35,528 nt of DNA, from sequence record SRR31156797_2642; one strand, given 5' to 3'. The translations under genes and the position numbers were made by a program. Positions 29,177 to 35,528 of this stretch are shown piece by piece. Positions within the stretch are counted from its first letter, which is position 1. Each line of letters begins with the position of its first letter. Below the pieces are notes generated by a model. That model did no database searches and was not told the origin of the DNA. It saw only the letters and a list, made by a program, of their open reading frames with translations.

Positions 29177-29629
29177 ATGGCTTTTACAGTAATCTGCGAA
29201 ATTTGCGGCAACTCTATTGAACCGACAGAAAGTGTCTGTCCTTTTTGCCAGACCCCATGTGCAGTTTTGACAAAACAAACAAATGGGATGCTGCATTGCA
29301 CTATTAATTTGGAAAAAGGGATGCCGCTTGTTGAACAGGCACTAGAACGGCTGCGAAACGAGCTTTTTATCAGCAGTCGGCAAGGGGTAAAAGTTATTAC
29401 CTTGATCCACGGATACGGATCTTCCGGCCAAGGAGGTGGCATTCGGCGAGAAGTCCGCCAGTATCTCAGATACCTTCAACATCAGCACCAGATTAATGAT
29501 ATGATTCCTGGGGAAGAGTTCTCCCGCAACTCCGGCCGCGGCCGTCAGTTACTTCGCCGCTTTCCGTTTCTTACCGACCATCGGGATCTTAATCGAGCTA
29601 ACCCGGGGGTAACCCTGGTCATCTTTTAG
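29177..29629 (+). CDS. Smr-domain protein with N-terminal zinc ribbon
   Basis: CEICG-x9-CPFC, then INLEKGMP..EQAL..L...LIHGYGSSG.GG.IR...NPGVTLV, matching the Smr fold pattern. Confidence 0.85.
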   Translation: MAFTVICEICGNSIEPTESVCPFCQTPCAVLTKQTNGMLHCTINLEKGMPLVEQALERLRNELFISSRQGVKVITLIHGYGSSGQGGGIRREVRQYLRYLQHQHQINDMIPGEEFSRNSGRGRQLLRRFPFLTDHRDLNRANPGVTLVIF

Positions 29630-29699
29630 CAGTACCAGATATCCGTAAGGATTTCTCATCCTGTAAAAATCCAAAAGAATCTACCAATATATCGGAGGT

Positions 29700-30398
29700 A
29701 TGTTTATGCAACAGCGCCCAACAGACTGTTTACGGTCATTTTCCGTGGAGTACGATGTCCAACCCCAGGCCGAGGGGTCTGTATTGATGCGAATGGGGAA
29801 CACCCATGTATTATGTGCTGTTTCAGTAGAAACTAAAGTCCCCTCTTTTCTTGCCGGTAAAGGGCAGGGATGGATAACTGCAGAATATGGAATGCTTCCA
29901 GGAGCCACTCATACCAGAGGTCGACGTGAGGCCGTTTCCGGTCGGTCAGGCAGAACCTATGAAATCCAGCGTCTTATCGGTCGATCTTTGCGGATGATGG
30001 TTGATCTCAGCCAGTTGGGTGAATATACCTATAGGATAGATTGTGATGTGATCAATGCAGATGGAGGCACCCGATGTGCATCTATTACCGGTGGAGCACT
30101 GGCCTTGCGTCAAGCCATTGAAAGGATGGCGGCACAGGAAAAAATAGCAAATCTGCCTGAGATTCTTCCGGTAGCTGCGATAAGCGTGGGGGTTGTTGGT
30201 GGTGAAGTGGTACTCGATCTTGATTATGCTCTTGATTCCACTGCCGATGTTGATGCCAATTTTGTGATGTGTGGGGATGGCCGCTGGATAGAAATCCAAT
30301 CAACTGCTGAAGGCCAACCCTTTGCACCAGAGTTATTTCCACAGATGGCCGCATTTGCCACTAAGGGCGTCAAAGAGCTGCTGACACTCTGGAAGTAA
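29700..30398 (+). CDS. rph: Ribonuclease PH
   Basis: [61 protein letters not shown]. Confidence 0.97.
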   Translation: MFMQQRPTDCLRSFSVEYDVQPQAEGSVLMRMGNTHVLCAVSVETKVPSFLAGKGQGWITAEYGMLPGATHTRGRREAVSGRSGRTYEIQRLIGRSLRMMVDLSQLGEYTYRIDCDVINADGGTRCASITGGALALRQAIERMAAQEKIANLPEILPVAAISVGVVGGEVVLDLDYALDSTADVDANFVMCGDGRWIEIQSTAEGQPFAPELFPQMAAFATKGVKELLTLWK

Positions 30399-30462
30399 AC
30401 AGGGAGGAGTCTGAAGGGGTTGGCTCGCCAACGGCGCCGGATGTCAGGAAGGAATAACATTT

Positions 30463-31017
30463 ATGAATACAACCAACAGCGTCGATCCAGGCGCACCCAG
30501 GAGAAACCTGCTTTTTAAACTCAGGCCGGTTCTGCGCTGGATAATAAAGCTTCGCGGCTCAACAACAGCCATTGCCGGAGGTTTTTGTCTGGGTACCTTT
30601 ATTGCCTTTACGCCGACCATCGGGTTACAGGTGCTCCTGGCACTGTTTGTGGCAACCCTGGTTAATGTTAACCGTGCTGCTGCTGTGGTTCCTGTCTGGA
30701 TAACCAATCCTGTGACCATGGCACCGCTGTATACCTTTAATTATTGGCTTGGTTGTCTGTTCTGGGAGGGACCGCCGGTTGCGGAAGTTTCCAGCAAATT
30801 GATTGAAATTACAAAGACGTTGGCAAGTTTGGATATTTTTGAGATCCATGCCCAGATCATGACATTCATGCACCTTGGCAAGGAAATCATCATACCTCTG
30901 ATCATTGGCAGCATCCTGGCCGGAACGGTAAGTGGTGCCGTTGTGTATTTCTTCAGTTTTAAGCTGTTGGAAATGCTGAAACGTAGAAAGGGGTGGAGGA
31001 AACGACAACAAGGGTAA
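30463..31017 (+). CDS. DUF2062-like membrane protein
   Basis: IAGGFCLGTFIAFTPTIGLQ, VWITNPVTMAPLY...YWLG, LIIGS pattern; hydrophobic segments and basic tail. Confidence 0.8.
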   Translation: MNTTNSVDPGAPRRNLLFKLRPVLRWIIKLRGSTTAIAGGFCLGTFIAFTPTIGLQVLLALFVATLVNVNRAAAVVPVWITNPVTMAPLYTFNYWLGCLFWEGPPVAEVSSKLIEITKTLASLDIFEIHAQIMTFMHLGKEIIIPLIIGSILAGTVSGAVVYFFSFKLLEMLKRRKGWRKRQQG

Positions 31018-31019
31018 GC

Positions 31020-31044
31020 GGGGTCGAGCAAGTATGCTCGCCCC
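31020..31044. terminator. GC-rich hairpin between convergent genes
   Basis: GGGG-T-CGAGCA-AGTA-TGCTCG-CCCC; no U-tract immediately adjacent on either strand. Confidence 0.45.
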
Positions 31045-31064
31045 CTAACACCGGTAAGCGATTT

Positions 31065-31589
31065 TTATTTCTGGCTGCGTAGTGCCAGAATTCGTTCCAG
31101 CAGCGGGAGACTGTCTGGTGTAAAAGGTTCCCGCTGGTGTAAAGTAGCAATGTTATCGAGCGGGATAAAGTGGCCGTGTTCAATTTCCTCTTTTTGGAGG
31201 ACAAAAGGGCCGTTGTTGATACAGGAAAATATACGTCCCCAGACCCGATTGGAACTGTCCTCAAAATACTGGTCAAACAAATGCTGGAGGGGACAATCTG
31301 TCACCCCCAGCTCTTCAGCCAGTTCTCTCGCCGCCGCATCTTCATAACTCTCTTCGGCCAGCACAACACCTCCAGCGGCAAGATCCCAATATCCAGGATA
31401 AATATCCTTGGTCATGGTTCTTTTCTGAATAAACAGGCAATCCATTTTGTTAAAGACAAGAATGTATGCTGCCCGGTGAATAAGTCGCCTCTGGCGCATC
31501 TCTCCACGAGTGGCACTGGCTACCGGGACATCGTTGCTGTCAACTATCTGGATGCGTTCTTGCGAAGGATTATAAGCTTGGTTCGACAC
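31065..31589 (-). CDS. Nudix hydrolase (YfcD/IPP-isomerase-like subfamily), GTG start
   Basis: Nudix box GGVVLAEESYEDAAARELAEELG; IHRAAYILVFN, QKRT..KD.YPG.WD, FTPDS. Confidence 0.9.
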   Translation of the reverse strand: MSNQAYNPSQERIQIVDSNDVPVASATRGEMRQRRLIHRAAYILVFNKMDCLFIQKRTMTKDIYPGYWDLAAGGVVLAEESYEDAAARELAEELGVTDCPLQHLFDQYFEDSSNRVWGRIFSCINNGPFVLQKEEIEHGHFIPLDNIATLHQREPFTPDSLPLLERILALRSQK

Positions 31590-33798
31590 TATCGTTTTCT
31601 TCTTCTTGGTGGAGAGTAAACATCCAGCACCTGTGGATTGGCGACTTGCGCGAAAAATCGAGCGGCAGAGTCTTGTCGGTTATGTCCTTGACCTCAAATT
31701 CCTGGGTCAGCGTTTCTGCAAGCTTAAACTTTTTGGAATTGGTGGAGAAAAACAGTACACCTGTACGCGATAATCGCTGCATGGCAAGATGCAAAAGTTC
31801 CTCATGATCGGTTTGTATATCAAAGGTTTGTTTACGGTGCCGGGCATTTGAAAAGGTAGGCGGATCAACAAAGATGACCCCATAGCGGCTTTTTTCCGTT
31901 TTGAGCCACTGCATGCAGTCTGCTTCCACTGTCTGGTGGAGGATGGAACCATACCCATTAAGCGACAGGTTTGCCCGGGCCCGATTGAGGTAGGTTTCTG
32001 AAAGATCAACCGTAGTGGTTGCGGATGCTCCTCCGTGGGCGGCTAAGACTGTTGCAGAACCGGTATAGCCAAAGAGGTTGAGAAAGCTTTTTCCCTGGGC
32101 TTGTTCGGCGATCATGCTACGGGTTATACGATGATCAAGAAACAGGCCTGTGTCCAGATAATCTGTAAAGTTGACAAGGAAGCGGCAACCACCTTCTCGT
32201 ACTTCGTAAAGTGGTGCAGCTTTGTTGCTTTTTTTTTGCTGGTGGTCCTTCTTCTGATACTGCTCTGTCCCTTTCTGTTTTTTTCTGGTTTTTATGAAGA
32301 TCCGACTGCGGGGAATATCTAAGACCTCACGAATGGTTTGCATGGCCAAGGTGAATCTCTCTGCCGCCTTTTCCGGATCAACCGATGGCGGAGCTGCATA
32401 TTCCTGCACATGTACCCATTCTTCATAAATATCTACGGCTACGTTGTATTCGGGGATATCACGGTCATAAATACGAAAGCAGTTGATTTGTTCTTTTTCG
32501 GCCCACGGAACGATGGTTTGAAAGTTTTTGCGGAGGCGGTTTGCAAAGTCTTCTGCCTGGCAATCTTCAATGGGGTCGGCAAGGTGCCATTCCAATTGGG
32601 GGCGTTCGGCAAACGGTTCGTGGTCGCCGACCAGAAGCTGACATCTGATAGGACCGTTATAGAGCTTATGGCGCTGTTGCCATTGGATGGTTGTCATCTC
32701 TGCCAGATCAGGGTTGCCGGTGAAAAAGGCCACTTGCCACCCCTTGAATTCGTTACGGAAACGCCTTCCAAAAAAACGGTAAAGGTATTTGACCGCCATT
32801 TTGTCTGAAAGTCGGTCACCATACGGGGGATTGGTGATCATAAAACCCTTTGGCCCAGGGCAGTGGAGGTGGGCTGCCTGGCGGTGCCGAATAGTAATGA
32901 ATTCACGCATTCCGGCTGCGATGACATTTTGTCGTGCAGCAGCGATGATCCGAGGGTCAGCATCATAACCAATAATCTGGGGTAGTTTACGATGGGTACC
33001 TTCATCTTCCTGCTTCAGCGCTTCATTGATCAATCGTTCCCAAAGCCTCGGGTCATGCTTGAGCCAGGACATGAAACCAAAACGTTTGCGCAGGAGTCCT
33101 GGAGCGGTATTGCTGAGCATCAGTGCTGCTTCAATCAGCAGGGTACCGCTGCCGCACATGGGGTCAATCAGGAAGCTGTTTTCATCAAGTTGCTCGACAA
33201 ATCCGGAAAGATGGACCAGTGCCGCCGCCAAAGTTTCTTTAAGTGGTGCTTCACCACCGGTTGTTCTGTAGCCGCGACGATGGAGACTGTCTCCAGAGAG
33301 GTCAATGGATAGAGTTGCGTGAACACCGTTGACGTGGAGGTTAAAGCGTACTTGGGGCTTATAAGTATCAATATCTGGCCGTTTGCCAAAACGTTTGCGA
33401 AACTGATCGACAATGGCATCCTTTACCCTGAGCGAAGCGTACTGGCTATGGGTAATGTTTGCATCCACCAGGGTGGTAAATATGGCAAAGGTGGTGTTAT
33501 GGTCAAAATGCTCGTCCCAGAGGACTTTGCCAACTCGTTCATAAAGGGTGTCTGTATCTGGGGCGTCGAATTTTGTGATCTGAAGGAGAATGCGCGAGGC
33601 ATATCTGGACCAGAGGCAAGCGCGATAAGCAGACTCCAGAGATCCTGACCAGGCAACTGCTCCGGGTGTGATCGTTACCTCGTTGCCTCCAAATGCAATG
33701 ATTTCAGCCTGAACAAGAGGCTCTATGCCGGACCCGCAGGTGGCAACAAACTGCATGGGTTTTTTTTTGGATTTCCTTTTTTTTCGTACAATAACCAT
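31570..33798 (-). CDS. rlmKL: Bifunctional 23S rRNA m2G2445/m7G2069 methyltransferase RlmKL
   Basis: THUMP region, SLHRRGYR, APLKETLAAA, DPMCGSGT, NPPYG; second MTase FANRLRKN, YLDTGLFLDHR, LNLFGYTG, DPPTFSN. Start could be 33756. Confidence 0.95.
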   Translation of the reverse strand: MVIVRKKRKSKKKPMQFVATCGSGIEPLVQAEIIAFGGNEVTITPGAVAWSGSLESAYRACLWSRYASRILLQITKFDAPDTDTLYERVGKVLWDEHFDHNTTFAIFTTLVDANITHSQYASLRVKDAIVDQFRKRFGKRPDIDTYKPQVRFNLHVNGVHATLSIDLSGDSLHRRGYRTTGGEAPLKETLAAALVHLSGFVEQLDENSFLIDPMCGSGTLLIEAALMLSNTAPGLLRKRFGFMSWLKHDPRLWERLINEALKQEDEGTHRKLPQIIGYDADPRIIAAARQNVIAAGMREFITIRHRQAAHLHCPGPKGFMITNPPYGDRLSDKMAVKYLYRFFGRRFRNEFKGWQVAFFTGNPDLAEMTTIQWQQRHKLYNGPIRCQLLVGDHEPFAERPQLEWHLADPIEDCQAEDFANRLRKNFQTIVPWAEKEQINCFRIYDRDIPEYNVAVDIYEEWVHVQEYAAPPSVDPEKAAERFTLAMQTIREVLDIPRSRIFIKTRKKQKGTEQYQKKDHQQKKSNKAAPLYEVREGGCRFLVNFTDYLDTGLFLDHRITRSMIAEQAQGKSFLNLFGYTGSATVLAAHGGASATTTVDLSETYLNRARANLSLNGYGSILHQTVEADCMQWLKTEKSRYGVIFVDPPTFSNARHRKQTFDIQTDHEELLHLAMQRLSRTGVLFFSTNSKKFKLAETLTQEFEVKDITDKTLPLDFSRKSPIHRCWMFTLHQEEENDSVEPSL

Positions 33799-34024
33799 AG
33801 AATTGTGAGGGAGCTTTTGCTGATGACAGTGAGTTAAGAATACCTAATCGACATTTACTGGAATGAGAGATCGACTGGTGTCCTGTTTGGGGGACCGATA
33901 ATGAATATATATGAAATATAAAGAAGGTTTTGAATTTACTTTTGATGTAGAAAGCCACCTTAAAGGATTTAACTGTTCATCACAATCGAAAAGGTGACTA
34001 TATAAAAACGTTGCGACCTTGTAG

Positions 34025-34040
34025 AGCAATGTTTTTACCA
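34025..34040 (-). promoter_or_regulatory. Candidate sigma54 (-24/-12) promoter facing rlmKL
   Basis: Minus strand reads TGGTAAAAACATTGCT, matching TGGYA-N6-TTGCW with exact GG-N10-GC spacing. Confidence 0.4.
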
Positions 34041-34447
34041 CACACCCAATATTAGTCATTCCAACGGGGGATGTAAATCTTAAAACTGCTGGGAATGTGG
34101 GCTTTCTTTGGGTGCATGCAAAAAAAATGGTAATTGTTGTCGCACCAGCAACAGATAATTCCAAGAAATTGTTTCAATCTCACCTGGCTGGCAAATGTAT
34201 CGTTCTCCTCGGAGTTACCCCTCGTAAATTTTCACTATATCCTTGTACCGCGTCTATTGTCCGTGTCAGAGATGGACAGGAAAAGTGTGGCGGGTGATCA
34301 ATTGGGTAAAATAGCACCTCCATAGTAGACACTTCTTGTTTGGCCGAGTGGAATATTCGTTGTTTCTTTATTGGGTGTTTAGGATGGCCATGCAGGGACG
34401 CTAGTACTGCGCAACGCTATTATAGATAGAATCTATTTGTGCTGTTC

Positions 34448-35528
34448 TTAGGTGCAGGAATCTTCAATAGCCTTCTTTAGTTTGCTCATGTCAAATGGCT
34501 TTGTAACAGTAGCAGAGAACCCATGTTCACAATAATTAGCCATAACCGGATCATTTGAATAGCCGCTTGCTACAATTATTTTAGCTTCAGGGTTAATCTG
34601 GAGGAGTTTTTTAGAAGCCTCTCTTCCCCCCATACCGCCTGGTATAGTCAAATCCATAATCACAAGATCAGCAGGAGTACCCCTAGCCTGTAACTCCTGG
34701 AACTTGTTTATTGCCTCCTCACCATCTGCTGCCAGTACAGCCTCATGACCGAGGATGGAGAGTTGTTGTTGAACTGTTTCGCGAATCATTTCTTCATCGT
34801 CCATCACTAGAACTCTTGCTGCACTTATTACTGGTTGTTGTTGTTGTTTTACAACAGTAAAGCTAGAAGCCTTTTTGGCTGGCAGATACAAAGTAAAAAG
34901 TGTTCCCTTATCTGGGCTAGCTTGGACAGTGATATGTCCATCATGTTTTTTGACAATTGAGTAACAAATTGCTAGCCCAAGACCACTTCCCTCTTTTTTG
35001 GTGGTGAAGTAAGGATCAAAAATTCTATCTGCAATTTCTTGTGGAATACCAACACCTGTATCTTGAATAGTAATACGGACAAAGTTGCCTTCATGTGGAG
35101 TTAAGAACGACTCTGAGGTTTTATCTTCAACATTGTCGCAGCGAATGCTTATCCTTCCACCTTCTGGCATAGCATGTTTGGCGTTCAGGATAATATTTTG
35201 GATAACCTGGCTGATCTGGCCACTATCTATATTCACCATCCAGAGGTCGTCTTGAAAGGTGTAATCGCAGGAAACTTGAGAACCATGAAGCACAAAGTCA
35301 GCAGTTTCAGTGATAAGATCTGTTAGAGAAGTTGTTTCTTTGACAGGATCACCGCCTTTGGAAAAGGTCAACAATTGTTGAGTGAGCTTTGCTGCTCTCA
35401 TGGTCGCTTTTTGTGCTCTAGAAAGGAGTGAGACTGCTTTCTCCTTATTTTCAATACTATAGGAGGCTAATTCTATGTTGCCCAAAATGGCAGAGAGGAT
35501 ATTATTAAAATCATGGGCAATGCCGCCG
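34448..35528 (-). CDS. Hybrid sensor histidine kinase/response regulator, C-terminal part (5' end outside window)
   Basis: Frame open to the window edge: GGIAHDFNNIL H-box, NIILNAKHAM N-box, DTGVGI, FDPYFTTK, GSGLGL; receiver VMDDE...MDLTIPGG...SGY...KPF. Confidence 0.95.
   Translation of the reverse strand, partial: GGIAHDFNNILSAILGNIELASYSIENKEKAVSLLSRAQKATMRAAKLTQQLLTFSKGGDPVKETTSLTDLITETADFVLHGSQVSCDYTFQDDLWMVNIDSGQISQVIQNIILNAKHAMPEGGRISIRCDNVEDKTSESFLTPHEGNFVRITIQDTGVGIPQEIADRIFDPYFTTKKEGSGLGLAICYSIVKKHDGHITVQASPDKGTLFTLYLPAKKASSFTVVKQQQQPVISAARVLVMDDEEMIRETVQQQLSILGHEAVLAADGEEAINKFQELQARGTPADLVIMDLTIPGGMGGREASKKLLQINPEAKIIVASGYSNDPVMANYCEHGFSATVTKPFDMSKLKKAIEDSCT

Noticed and set aside
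346..33656. The many 60-230 aa antisense or alternate-frame ORFs in the track (e.g. 8574-9038 -, 21200-21592 +, 27324-28013 -, 32338-32808 +)
   Set aside because: They lie over well-identified conserved genes, show no recognisable motifs, and are expected shadow ORFs.
33704..34325. ORFs 33704-33958, 33844-34164, 34097-34297 and 34134-34325 in the spacer
   Set aside because: Non-ATG starts, no convincing SD, mutually overlapping, and no recognisable protein features.
34833..34847. (TGT)n run encoding QQQQ in the kinase-receiver linker
   Set aside because: Too short to suggest phase variation; ordinary low-complexity linker.
1..35528. rRNA, tRNA, CRISPR arrays, IS/integrase, prophage or defence genes
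   Set aside because: No cloverleafs, spaced direct repeats, or transposase/integrase motifs were seen, and nearly all sequence is explained by housekeeping CDS.

Overview
Core housekeeping window from a bacterium whose protein sequences and gene order resemble Desulfobacterota (Desulfobulbales-like; this is inference). It starts in the 3' end of tuf and runs through a contiguous S10-spc-alpha ribosomal protein cluster (rpsJ to rplQ, with secY, map, infA and rpoA, but no adk). A Cys-cluster (YkgJ-like) gene follows, then rpsB-tsf-pyrH-frr-uppS-cdsA-dxr-rseP-tsaB-ispG-proS, a long RelA/SpoT homolog, a zinc-ribbon+Smr protein, rph and a DUF2062-like membrane protein, all on +. On - are a Nudix hydrolase, rlmKL, a ~650 bp unexplained spacer and the 3' part of a hybrid histidine kinase/receiver. 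I saw no rRNA, tRNA, CRISPR or mobile element, and no clearly new multi-gene system. The best leads are: (1) a long RSH with a degenerate hydrolase site (HD to HG) adjacent to a zinc-ribbon-Smr gene and RNase PH; (2) several structured intergenic RNAs, including an S2/t44-type rpsB leader and candidate leaders at rpsD, rpsE and infA; (3) a sigma54-type box upstream of rlmKL.
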